A stretch of 64,000 nt of DNA from Candidatus Latescibacterota bacterium (GTDB lineage: Bacteria; Latescibacterota; UBA2968; UBA8231). Below, piece by piece: positions 50,154 to 59,546 of this stretch. The number at the start of each line of letters is the position of its first letter. Within the stretch, counting starts at the first letter, position 1. Below the pieces are notes generated by a model. The model was not told the origin of the DNA. It saw nothing but the letters and a program-made list of their open reading frames with translations, and did not search any database. The stretch is taken from positions 1 to 64,000 of the forward strand of contig OZ242214.1 of assembly GCA_965206595.1 (NCBI GenBank). Direction: 5' to 3'. The position numbers and the translations under genes were made by a program.

Positions 50154-53100
50154 GCTATCGAGGGTGGTTCCTTGTGGCGGTGCTTCTGGTGTCGGGCGGT
50201 CCGCTCGGCGCGGAGTTTCCCATCGGGGCGTGGTTCCCGGGGATGATCGAGATCGAGGGGGACGAAGAGGCCGAGGAGGCCGAGTGGGCGGCGCGGCTGG
50301 ATTCGGTGCAGGCGGCCGGGTTCAACACCGTCCATGCCATGCGCGGGCGCGGGGAGATCCGGACGTCCGAGTACAACAAAAAGTGGATGGACCTGGCCCA
50401 CGCCCGGGGGCTGAAGGTGCAGCTGCACAGTTGGCAGCCGCCGCCCGAATGGCGCGAGCACAGCCGCAACTACTGGACGCGGACCTTCGAGGCGGAGGAC
50501 ACGGAGCTCTTCACCTATCCGATCGGTCGGGAGGTCACCGACGACGACGGCACGACGAGGAGGGTTGCGCGGTATGCCGCGACGGGGGAGCACAACCCCG
50601 GCCTGGTGCTGGAATCGAGAGGAAGCGTGTACTTGCGCAGGAACCCTCCTCCCCCTCCTTCGGAGCCGGGATACGGCTCCCGCTTCGGGCACCATGTCTT
50701 CCGGCTGAAGACCGACGACGCCACTGGCACCGACCACATCGCCACCCTGAGAGTTCTCCAGCCGTCCGGGACCGTGATGGACTCGATGGAAGTGTTTGAA
50801 GACGACTTTCAGGCTGCCGACACATACCAGGACTTTGGACTCGAATATGACATTGGGCCCAAGACCGATGATCGCGGCTCCATTCCGGTTCGCTACCAGG
50901 TGTATTGGACCGGGGCGGACACTCTTTGGGTGGACCACATCCGGGCCCACGACTGGGAGATAGATCCTGACACTGAGGAGCCCGTGAAACCACCCCACGC
51001 TGCCCGGCTCTTTGCCGGCAAGTTTGACAGAACCCTCACTGACACCCTGGCCAAGTATGACGGGGTGAGGGCCCCGCGCCCGTGGCGGTTCGCCCTGTAC
51101 GACGAGCCGCGGTGGGAGCTTCGAGAGAGCGTGGCCTACGTGGACTCCTTCATCGAAGCCCAGACCGGAGGCACGCCGGGGATCAGTCCGTACAACCAAA
51201 ACCACCGCGGCGCCATGGAGCGGTATGTGGACACGGTCTCCCCGCCCGAGCTTCTGGTGGATTTCTACCCGTTCTTCCACGACACGCCGGCGCCGGGTCA
51301 GGCGGCCTATGCGGACTCCCTGCGCCGCCGCCTGGACTGGCTCGTCACCGGCTACGGCCACGCCCGGGCGGTGAGCCTGGGGCTTCGGGAGGACGGATCC
51401 GTCAAGCGCCGGATTCCTCTGTGGTGCGTGGTGCAGACACACAACTGGAGCAACTTGCGCAATCCGACGCCGGAGGAGATCCGCGTGCAGGTCAACCTGG
51501 CCCTGGCCCACGGCGCGACGGGCATCTACTACTACCAGTATCACAGTTACAGTGAGGACCGCCAGGTCGACGGCCTGGTCGATCTCGACTATCGGCGGAC
51601 GCCTCGACTGACGGAAGTGGAGGACCTCAACACGATGCTGGATGCGCTGGACGATACGTTTCTGGAGCTGACATCCGATGACGTGTTTGCCGGCGACGAT
51701 CCCGACGATTTCCCAGATTTCGTTCAGAGCCTTTCGGTTGGGGCCGATTATTTTCTGGGCGCCTTCACCCATACCGACGACACGCGCTATCTGATGGTGG
51801 TCAACACCCAGTGCGGAACCGCGGGCACGCGGACGACGACGGTGACCCTGGATGCGGCGGCCCTGAAAGGGGACGCCTACGACTATACGTTGTTCGATGT
51901 GTACGGAGACCGGCGGCTGCAGGCCGGGGGCAGCGATGCGCACCCGGCGTTCTCGGTGACGCTGGGTCCGGGGGAGGGCACGCTGTATCGGGTCGAGGCG
52001 GATCTTCCTGTTTTGGCGAGTTTCGGCTCTTCGAGTTACGAGTTGATCGAAGGGGGGGATGCGGTGACTGGGGAGAATCCGGCGGATGTGGGCAAGAGGG
52101 TGGAGGTGACGGTGTCCCTGTCGGCGGCGCCCAGCGAGCGGTTGGAGGTTCCCATTGAGGTGACGTTCGGGACGGAGGAATTCACGGCGGAGTACACGGC
52201 GGATGACCCGGACCTGCAGGACTACAGGGTCAGCGGCCTCTCGTCGGGGGGGCTGAGGTTCACCCCTAACCGAACCTCGGCGACGTTCCGGATCCGGGCC
52301 AACCCCGATCTCGACGTGGAGGACGAGACGATCGGCTTGAGTTTCGGGCGGTTGCCGGCGGGGGTGCGGACCGGGGATCCGTCGACGGCGACGGTGACGA
52401 TCCGGGACACGCCGAACCCGCCGGAGGGCTTGACGGCGACGGCGGGTCACGGCGAGGTGACGTTGCGGTGGGATGCCCCGGACCCGGAGAATCCCGGCAT
52501 CCGGGGCTGGCAGTATCAGGTGCGTCTGCCGCCGCAGCAGACGGAATTTGGGCCCTGGATGCCGATGGGCCTGGGGGAGTTCACCGATCGGACGGTGTTC
52601 CAGCGGACCGAGCACACCGTGGAGGGTTTGCCCAACGGGGTGAAGCACCTGTTCCGGATCAGGGCGTACACACGCGGGTACGGCTTGGCCTCGGCGTCGG
52701 CGGAGGCGACGCCCAATGGACTGCTGGCGGAGGCCTACCGAGGGGCGGTGGTGCTGCGGTGGATTGATGCCCCGGAGGGTGAAGATATAGCCAGGTGGGA
52801 GTATCAGGTGAGGGAGGTCTTGGAGCAGGGCCAAGGGGATTGGAGCGGGTGGAGTTCAGCCGGCGGGTCGAGCGCGCGATCGCACACGGTTCGGGGCCTG
52901 ACCAACGGGGTGCGGCACCACTTCCAGGTGCAGGGTCTCACGGCGGCGGGCGTGACGGCGCTGACGTGGCCGACGCCGAGGGACGGCAGTGTTGTGAAGG
53001 CGACGCCTCAGGCGAGTCTGCCTCTGCCTCCGAACGAGGCCCCATCGAAACCGGAGGGGGAGCCGGCGGTGTCGATTGCCGAGCACACCACCGACACAGG

Positions 53101-53692
53101 GGAGGACTATACCTCCCTGGATCCGGAGGGCACGGCGATCCAGTGGTCGTTGACCGGCGACGACGCCGCCCATCTCCAGGTCACCGCACAAGGCCGGTTG
53201 ATCTTCCGGGATCCGGCGCCGGATTTCGAGGATCCGAAGGACAAGGACAAGAACCGCGTCTACGAGGTGGAGGTTGTGGCCTCCGACGGGGAGTTGTCGT
53301 CGCCGCCGCTGGCCGTAACCGTAACGGTGACCAATGTGAACGAACCGCCGGTGATAACCGGGGAGGCGTCGCAGTCGGTTCCGGAGAATACCAAGCCCGT
53401 GGGCACGTACACGGCCACGGACCCGGAAGGGGACCCGTTTACCTGGTCGAACACTGGCGAGGATGCGGATGACTTCGTCATTGAGGATGGCGCTTTGAGT
53501 TTCAACCTGCCGCCCGACTACGAAAGCCCTTCCGACGCAGGAGGCAACAACGAATACCAGGTGACGGTAACGGCGACCGAGGGTATGCTAGCCGGGCAAC
53601 TAACGGCATGGGGACTTTCACCCCACAAAATGCGCGGCCTTGTCGGCCGCTCCTGCAACGTTAGGGTTAAACGCTATAAAAATGTCCTTTGA
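50150..53692 (+). CDS. Gene B: large secreted protein with glycoside-hydrolase-like barrel, Calx-beta-like, 2 FN3 and 2 cadherin domains; C-terminus truncated
   Basis: 'YDEP', 'LRNPTPEEIRVQVNLALAHGATGIYYY', 'LTATAGHGEVTLRW', 'PDFEDPKDKDKNRVYEVEV', 'PDYESPSD'; last ~35 codons run through intron/IS remnants. Confidence 0.75.
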   Translation: MSYRGWFLVAVLLVSGGPLGAEFPIGAWFPGMIEIEGDEEAEEAEWAARLDSVQAAGFNTVHAMRGRGEIRTSEYNKKWMDLAHARGLKVQLHSWQPPPEWREHSRNYWTRTFEAEDTELFTYPIGREVTDDDGTTRRVARYAATGEHNPGLVLESRGSVYLRRNPPPPPSEPGYGSRFGHHVFRLKTDDATGTDHIATLRVLQPSGTVMDSMEVFEDDFQAADTYQDFGLEYDIGPKTDDRGSIPVRYQVYWTGADTLWVDHIRAHDWEIDPDTEEPVKPPHAARLFAGKFDRTLTDTLAKYDGVRAPRPWRFALYDEPRWELRESVAYVDSFIEAQTGGTPGISPYNQNHRGAMERYVDTVSPPELLVDFYPFFHDTPAPGQAAYADSLRRRLDWLVTGYGHARAVSLGLREDGSVKRRIPLWCVVQTHNWSNLRNPTPEEIRVQVNLALAHGATGIYYYQYHSYSEDRQVDGLVDLDYRRTPRLTEVEDLNTMLDALDDTFLELTSDDVFAGDDPDDFPDFVQSLSVGADYFLGAFTHTDDTRYLMVVNTQCGTAGTRTTTVTLDAAALKGDAYDYTLFDVYGDRRLQAGGSDAHPAFSVTLGPGEGTLYRVEADLPVLASFGSSSYELIEGGDAVTGENPADVGKRVEVTVSLSAAPSERLEVPIEVTFGTEEFTAEYTADDPDLQDYRVSGLSSGGLRFTPNRTSATFRIRANPDLDVEDETIGLSFGRLPAGVRTGDPSTATVTIRDTPNPPEGLTATAGHGEVTLRWDAPDPENPGIRGWQYQVRLPPQQTEFGPWMPMGLGEFTDRTVFQRTEHTVEGLPNGVKHLFRIRAYTRGYGLASASAEATPNGLLAEAYRGAVVLRWIDAPEGEDIARWEYQVREVLEQGQGDWSGWSSAGGSSARSHTVRGLTNGVRHHFQVQGLTAAGVTALTWPTPRDGSVVKATPQASLPLPPNEAPSKPEGEPAVSIAEHTTDTGEDYTSLDPEGTAIQWSLTGDDAAHLQVTAQGRLIFRDPAPDFEDPKDKDKNRVYEVEVVASDGELSSPPLAVTVTVTNVNEPPVITGEASQSVPENTKPVGTYTATDPEGDPFTWSNTGEDADDFVIEDGALSFNLPPDYESPSDAGGNNEYQVTVTATEGMLAGQLTAWGLSPHKMRGLVGRSCNVRVKRYKNVL
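53580..53653 (-). ncRNA. Group II intron 5' remnant
   Basis: Minus strand GGAGCGGCCGACAAGGCCGCGCATTTTGTGGGGTGAAAGTCCCCATGCCGTTAG resembles intron 5' end and start of domain I. Confidence 0.6.
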
Positions 53693-53709
53693 AAAACCCG
53701 GATATAACC
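53673..53709 (+). mobile_element. Solo ISL3 terminal remnant
   Basis: GCTATAAAAATGTCCTTTGAAAAACCCGGATATAACC is nearly the reverse complement of 4492-4527. Confidence 0.8.
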
Positions 53710-53761
53710 TTTCCGAATATCTGGATTGTTTCCGGCGTGTTTGGTGAGAGGAGAGAGCATC

Positions 53762-54492
53762 ATGAAAATTGCAGCGTTGCTGCTGTGGTGGGCAACCTGG
53801 GTCGGGTGCAGCAACCCCGTCACGCCAGATGAGGATAGGGAGGATGACGGGACTTGCTGCTGGGATGAAACCATCCTTGTGTTTGAGGCTCTTCCAAGGG
53901 CCTTCAACGAGCGCGACAAGGACCTCTATGAGACTCTACTCGCTGACGATTTCCGGTTCACGGAGAGCGACTGCGGGGGTTGATCTATGACTACGGCAAG
54001 GAGGAGGAGCTTCGAATTATGGGAACGCGGGATGGTTCCTCCCGGGGGATATTTGACATCTACCGCACTATCGAGTGGGGCTTCTTATTATCCCGAAGAT
54101 GGAACAGCAAATGGCCGCCCGGTGAACAGGCAGGTCCAGAAGAAGAAGAGTGGGAGGGATTTCGGGGCCTGGGGAAAATCACACTGCTCAATCAATCGGG
54201 CGAGAGTTATTTCGTCGATCAAATGATGACTTTCAAGGTCGCCCTCGACGGCATCATGAGCTGGATTGCCCATCCCGTCTGCTCCGAGGACGATAAACCA
54301 GAGGTGGGCAGCAGTTTTTCTTGGGGTTCTTTCAAGGAGCGACTGGACTCAACCACAGCGACAGGCTTCGAGCTAGGCGAGTCGGGGCTTGTATTCCCCG
54401 GTTATCGCGACCGGGCCCGTGGGGATGATATGCCTTCCATTTTTTCGAGAAACTGGGTGTCGAAGGAGTGGGGTCAACTCCAGGCTCCCTGA
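53762..54492 (+). pseudogene. Lipoprotein-like gene split by a frameshift near 53980
   Basis: Lipobox-like 'WVGC'; 'DLYETLLADDFRF' continues in the next frame 'YGKEEELRIMG...SWGSFK'. Confidence 0.55.
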
Positions 54493-54521
54493 AACAGCAT
54501 TCGCATGTCGAGCGTCTCCGG

Positions 54522-56138
54522 ATGAAAAAGACCCTGTTTTTCCATCTCACCTACCTGTTGCTCTCCGGCGCGCTCATGCAGGACAGCATGGCCAGGGATC
54601 ATACCCGCCTGCTTCTACCCGCGGGCACCTGGGTGCGCTTTGGCGAAGCGGTCCTTACCGGTGAAATCGCCTATGCCCCCAACGGCGCCTGGCTGGCGGC
54701 GCCCAGCAGCATCGGCACCTGGCTCTACAACGCACGCACCGGCCGACTGAAAGCCCGTCTGGGTACGGGCTTCGTCCGGTCGGTGGCGTTCGCGCCCGAC
54801 AGCAGGACCCTTGCCGTCGGCAGCCACAGCGAGATCCAGCTGTGGAAGGTCAGGAGCGGACGACTCGACGCCACTCTCGACGGGCACGAGGGTTTCGTCC
54901 GTTCCGTGGCGTTCGCGCCGGACGGCAAGACCCTGGCCAGCGGCGGCCGGGACCGGACCATCCGGTTGTGGGAAGTCGGCACCGGACGACTCGAGGCCGC
55001 CCTCGACGGGCATAGGGGGGAGGTCGAGGCTCTTGCATTCTCTCCGGACGGCAGAACCCTGGCCAGTGCCGGCGGCGATTATGCGATCCGGTTGTGGGAT
55101 GCGGGCACCGGGCAGCACAAGGCTGCCCTGGAAGGGCATACGGGTTGGATCGAGGCTCTTGCATTCTCGCCGGACGGCAAGACCCTGGCCAGCGGCAGCT
55201 GGGACGGGACGATCCGGTTGTGGGACGCGGGAACCGGGCAACCCGGGACTACCCTGGAGGCGCATTCGGGGTATGGACTTGCGGAGTGGGTCTGGTCCGT
55301 GGCCTTCGCCCCGGACGGCAAGACCCTGGCCAGCGCTCACGACCACGCGATCCGGCTGTGGGACCTCGAGACAGGACAGCTCGGGACCACCCTCACCCTC
55401 GAGGGGCATACGAGCTGGATCTCTGCGGTGGCGTTCGCCCCGGACGGCAACACCCTGGCCAGCGGCAGCCGCAGCAGCAATGAGAGCGAGAGCAGGCATT
55501 TCTCCGTTCTGCTGTGGGATCTGTCGCCCCGCACCAAAGTGGAAGCCGCGGTCCTGGGCGGCATGGTCGAGGGATTGACCGTCGAGTTCTCCCGGGCCAT
55601 TTCCGGCCGCCGCCGCCACTACGCCTGGAGCGCCGTCACCGACACGTCCGGGCGGCTGGAGCTCACCCTGATCCCCGGGGTCACCGGCTTTTACGAAGCC
55701 CGCGCCCGCGCCGCCGACGGCACGGTCGCAGGCCGGTGGCACAGCATTCCTCTCAACATCGACGAGCGCCAGTTCCTGGAGCTCACCCTGGGTGGCGGCA
55801 TGCAGGTGGTCTCGGTCGAAGCGCTGGCCGCAGCCAAGGTCGCGGCGCCGGAAGGGCCGGCCGTCAGCGAGCTGCATCCCAACACCCCCAACCCTTTCAA
55901 CGCCGGCACCCGCATCGCCTACCGTCTGGCCGCCCCCGGTCCGGTGCGGCTGGAGATCTACAACCTGTTGGGACAGCCGGTACATACGCTGGTTGACGAA
56001 GCCCAGGCCCCCGGCGAGTACCAGGTCGCCTGGGATGCGCGCGACCAGCGGGGAGCTGCGGTCGCAGCGGGGGTCTACCTCACCCGCCTGACTTTCCCCG
56101 GTGGTGTGCAGAGCCGCAGACTCATCTATCTCAAGTAG
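54522..56138 (+). CDS. WD40-repeat protein with FlgD/Ig-type C-terminal domain
   Basis: ~6 repeats 'GH...VAFAPDGKTLASG..D.TIRLWD'; 'PNTPNPFN'. Confidence 0.9.
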   Translation: MKKTLFFHLTYLLLSGALMQDSMARDHTRLLLPAGTWVRFGEAVLTGEIAYAPNGAWLAAPSSIGTWLYNARTGRLKARLGTGFVRSVAFAPDSRTLAVGSHSEIQLWKVRSGRLDATLDGHEGFVRSVAFAPDGKTLASGGRDRTIRLWEVGTGRLEAALDGHRGEVEALAFSPDGRTLASAGGDYAIRLWDAGTGQHKAALEGHTGWIEALAFSPDGKTLASGSWDGTIRLWDAGTGQPGTTLEAHSGYGLAEWVWSVAFAPDGKTLASAHDHAIRLWDLETGQLGTTLTLEGHTSWISAVAFAPDGNTLASGSRSSNESESRHFSVLLWDLSPRTKVEAAVLGGMVEGLTVEFSRAISGRRRHYAWSAVTDTSGRLELTLIPGVTGFYEARARAADGTVAGRWHSIPLNIDERQFLELTLGGGMQVVSVEALAAAKVAAPEGPAVSELHPNTPNPFNAGTRIAYRLAAPGPVRLEIYNLLGQPVHTLVDEAQAPGEYQVAWDARDQRGAAVAAGVYLTRLTFPGGVQSRRLIYLK

Positions 56139-56225
56139 TGCGGAGCACATTCCGGCCTGCCTTGAAACGGCCGAAAGCGGACGCAGAGCCGCAACAGCTC
56201 ATTCTCACTGAAAGGACTCCTGGCC

Positions 56226-56999
56226 ATGCGCGTCGTATGGAACATGCTCTTCGGTTCGGTTTGCGCCATCATGTCGGGATATGGCACGGGTACGGCCCAT
56301 GCACAGGATGTCTCGGGATTCGTCGTGGATGGGGATTGGGGGGATTGGGGAGGGGGCGGTCCCGGCGAGGGGGATGAATTTTACGATGTCACCCCCGATA
56401 CCAACAGCAGCATAGATATCATCGCATACGGGTATGGACTCGGTTCTTTCCGCCGGGACGATGCCAACGGAACGGAGAACCTGTTCGCCTTCATTTTCAG
56501 GTTTCTGGAGGCTCCCTTTCAGGATTCGGCCCGGACTTCGGTGGAGCTGTTTTTCGACGTGTCGGCCGATTCCACCCTTGGCGAAGAAACGTCGCCCTGG
56601 GTCGGTTTCCTCCCGGATTATCGAATCGAAATCGTCGGAAACAATGGAGGGCTGACCGGGGAGACCTACCGCCGCCTGTCCGGAGATCGATGGATCGTCA
56701 GCGCAGGCGAGGACCTGCCTGAAGTGGAGGTCGCGCTTTCGGGTCAATGGCTGGAAGGAGCCGTCCCCTGGGCGGCGTTGGGCAGTCCCGGGGACACATC
56801 AGAAGAACGTGAAAGAGGATATTTCCACTTCAAGTGGGCTGCGAAAACCACAAAGAACGGTTCCCATGACTTTGTCCCGGACGGGAACACCTACTTCGAA
56901 GTTCCCTGGGGTCCGGTGGATTTGCGCATCTCGACTGCTGTCGAGTCTCAAGGATGGGGTTGGATCAAGAGCGATCATTCGAATGGAGAACCGGAGTGA
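56226..56999 (+). CDS. Distant gene A paralog (secreted, GWGWIK tail)
   Basis: 'FVVDGDWGDW', 'DVTPDTNSSIDI', 'VELFFD', 'PDYRI', 'TAVESQGWGWIKS'. Confidence 0.75.
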   Translation: MRVVWNMLFGSVCAIMSGYGTGTAHAQDVSGFVVDGDWGDWGGGGPGEGDEFYDVTPDTNSSIDIIAYGYGLGSFRRDDANGTENLFAFIFRFLEAPFQDSARTSVELFFDVSADSTLGEETSPWVGFLPDYRIEIVGNNGGLTGETYRRLSGDRWIVSAGEDLPEVEVALSGQWLEGAVPWAALGSPGDTSEERERGYFHFKWAAKTTKNGSHDFVPDGNTYFEVPWGPVDLRISTAVESQGWGWIKSDHSNGEPE

Positions 57000-59140
57000 A
57001 GGCCCGCACGATCCTGCTTGTATCGGCCCTTGTTTTCGTTCGGTATGGAATGGGTCTTGCGCAGGAGTTCCCCATCGGGGCCTGGTTCCCGGGCCTGTTC
57101 AACAACCAGTCGGAACAGTTTGCGGAGAGGCTCGACCGGGTAGTCGATGCCAACTTCAACACCATTCACGCCGCCCTCGCGGGAAGGAACGATCCTTCGG
57201 TCAATGGCGTTTTCCTCGACCTGGCGCACCAGCGGAGACTCAACGTGCAATTGTACAGCTGGAATGTCCCTCCCGCCTGGCGGACCACCACCCGAACCTA
57301 CTGGACCAAGACCCTGGAAGCGGAGAACAGGAGGTTCATCCATCCCGTCGGAACCCGGGACGGAGATGCCTGGCAGGCGAATACGGAAGATCACACCCCG
57401 GGCCTCCTTCTCGACACCCCGGCCGAGGGCTCCGGGATTTTCCTGCGTTACAGGGAACAGAAACTGAATGACCGTGGGCAGCTCGTGGAAAACAGAGTGC
57501 GTCACGGGATTCACGTCTTCCGCCTGAAAACGGACGACAACAGCAGCCCGGACATTATCGCTACCCTGAGAATCCTCAGGCATTCCGACGGCACGGTATT
57601 GCGCACGCGGGATGTGCGGGCACTGGAATTTCGCGAGGTCGATACCTACCAGGATTTCCTGATCCGCTACTCCGTTTCCCGCGGCGGCGACCGGGTGCGG
57701 TACCAGGTCGACTGGAGCGGGACCGGCAACCTCTGGGTGGACAGGATCAGGGCCCACGACAGTCACGGCTACAGGCTCTTCTCCGGGAATTACGATGCCG
57801 ATATCGTCAACGACCTGGCCGCCTATGACGGCATATCCGTCCGCCCGCCCTGGCGCTTCTACATGGACGATGAGCCCCATTGGACTGAGAAGGACGAGAG
57901 CATCGCCTATGTGAACGACTTGATAAAGGCGCAGACCGGAAAGTCGGGCGTGGTGTCTTTCCACCAGACCCGCAAGGATTACATGCAGCATTTCGTCGAC
58001 ACGGTTTTTCCTTCGGAGTTCCTGGTCAATTTCTATACTTTCGGGCTTTATGTTCCGGAGCCCGGTCGGGCAAGATACGCGACTCGCCTGCAGAGTGCCC
58101 TGGACAGTTACGTCACCTGGCACGGACACGCCAGGGAGGTGGCCAAGGAGGCCGGGATACCTCTTTGGGCGGTTATCCAGGCACATGGTTGGCCCAACGG
58201 CCTGCGCAACCCGACGCCGGAGGAAATCCGGGTTCAGGTAAACCTGGTTCTGGCCCACGGCGTGACGGGGATTTACTACTTCATGTATTCAAGCCACGTC
58301 GATGGCGATGGCAGGGCGGATTTACAGGGGTTGGTAGACGGGAACTACCGGATCACTCCCAAATGGAGAGAAGTGCAGGCCCTCAACAAAATGCTGCAGG
58401 AACTGGACGACACCCTGTTGCAGTTGACCTCGGACGCCGTCTTCCGCGGCGACGCTCCCGAATCCCCGGTGCAACGGCTTTCCGATCCGGCGGATTACCA
58501 CCTCGGCGCCTTTACCCATGCGGATGGCAGGCGCTATCTGATGGTCGTCAACCGCCGCTGCCAGCCCTATCCCCGCAGACCTCGGATGGTGACCATCCAA
58601 CTGGATGCATCTGAATTGGATGGCCCCACCTATTCCTACCTGGTCAGGGATATCCATACCAAAGAGATGGTAGCCACCAGCAACGGCGTTTCCCCTTCCT
58701 TTTCACTTTCCCTGGGTCCGGGAGAGGGGAAGCTGTTCCGCCTCGAACCCTGGGACGATCAGGTTGCCTTGACGGGGGATGTGACGGTTCCCGCGGGGGT
58801 GAAGCTGACTCTGGCTGCCGGAACGACGGTGGCGTTCGCCCCGGGGGACGAGACCGGGGGCGGCAATGACGGCTTGCGTTCGGAGCTCATCGTCGAGGGC
58901 ACTCTCGACGCCGGCGCCGGCGACATCACCTTTCGCTCATCCGATGAAGCAGGCGCTTCCTCCGATGGCAGTTGGTATGGCATTCGCGTGGCAGGAACCG
59001 GCAACGCCGACCTGTCCGGCGCCACTATCGAGGACGGGCTGCGTTGTGTGGAGACTTATGAAACGAGCACCCTCGACATGACCAACACTGCCTTGATCAA
59101 CTGCGGCCAGACCGTGGAACTGCTCTCGACCTCCCCATGA
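56996..59140 (+). CDS. Distant gene B paralog: GH-like barrel + beta-helix-like tail
   Basis: 'QEFPIGAWFPG', 'DDEP', 'LRNPTPEEIRVQVNL'; 'GDVTVPAGVKLTL...WYGIRV'; GTGA overlap with gene A. Confidence 0.78.
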   Translation: MKARTILLVSALVFVRYGMGLAQEFPIGAWFPGLFNNQSEQFAERLDRVVDANFNTIHAALAGRNDPSVNGVFLDLAHQRRLNVQLYSWNVPPAWRTTTRTYWTKTLEAENRRFIHPVGTRDGDAWQANTEDHTPGLLLDTPAEGSGIFLRYREQKLNDRGQLVENRVRHGIHVFRLKTDDNSSPDIIATLRILRHSDGTVLRTRDVRALEFREVDTYQDFLIRYSVSRGGDRVRYQVDWSGTGNLWVDRIRAHDSHGYRLFSGNYDADIVNDLAAYDGISVRPPWRFYMDDEPHWTEKDESIAYVNDLIKAQTGKSGVVSFHQTRKDYMQHFVDTVFPSEFLVNFYTFGLYVPEPGRARYATRLQSALDSYVTWHGHAREVAKEAGIPLWAVIQAHGWPNGLRNPTPEEIRVQVNLVLAHGVTGIYYFMYSSHVDGDGRADLQGLVDGNYRITPKWREVQALNKMLQELDDTLLQLTSDAVFRGDAPESPVQRLSDPADYHLGAFTHADGRRYLMVVNRRCQPYPRRPRMVTIQLDASELDGPTYSYLVRDIHTKEMVATSNGVSPSFSLSLGPGEGKLFRLEPWDDQVALTGDVTVPAGVKLTLAAGTTVAFAPGDETGGGNDGLRSELIVEGTLDAGAGDITFRSSDEAGASSDGSWYGIRVAGTGNADLSGATIEDGLRCVETYETSTLDMTNTALINCGQTVELLSTSP

Positions 59141-59351
59141 CAGCCCAGCGAATTAGTCCACCCGGGCTGCGGCCGGGCCCTGGCGGCCGCCAGCGATTGC
59201 TCGTGCGCAGCAGGGGGAAAGGTGAAGTCGGCGCACGCCAGTTTGAGCTGCATGATTTCTCCGCTATGTGCTGAGGTTCCCGACTGACGAAAGCCCGGAC
59301 GCCATGATGCCGCGGCAGTCCAGCCGCCTTTGTCAGCAAGGCGACCCGTTT

Positions 59352-59546
59352 CTACGTGCCCACCTTCCTGACCCTGCCGACCTCGCCTGTCTCGAGGCGC
59401 ACCTTGATCCCGTGCGGATGCGTCGCCGACCGGGTCAGTATGTCCTGCACCACGCCCTCGGTCAGGCGGCCTGTGCGCTGGTCCTGCTTCTGCACTATGG
59501 AAACGCGTATCCCGGGCTTTACGGCCGCCCTGCTATTACCGTTCAC
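59352..59546 (-). CDS. YwbE-family (DUF2196) protein
   Basis: 'KQDQRTGRLTEGVVQDILTRSATHPHGIKVRLETGEVGRV'. Confidence 0.88.
   Translation of the reverse strand: MNGNSRAAVKPGIRVSIVQKQDQRTGRLTEGVVQDILTRSATHPHGIKVRLETGEVGRVRKVGT

Larger units (their letters stand above)
47410..50480 (+). repeat. Tandem array of divergent units (gene A + 5' part of gene B), period 1086 bp
   Basis: Leader CCTTGGAGCCGTTAACAAAAACC...ATG identical at ~48302 and ~49388; partial units at 47410-47524 and 47525-48301. Confidence 0.92.

Noticed and set aside
47410-50480. Diversity-generating retroelement explanation for the variable repeats
   Set aside because: Differences are not adenine-specific, include indels and span whole genes; no RT or avd gene in the window
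50063-52834. Long antisense and alternative-frame ORFs (e.g. 923 aa here, 32273-34117, 17088-18920, 44476-46449 as a whole)
   Set aside because: Shadow ORFs of high-GC coding sequence with no recognisable motifs
54780-55470. ~126-bp DNA repeats
   Set aside because: Fully explained by WD40 coding repeats
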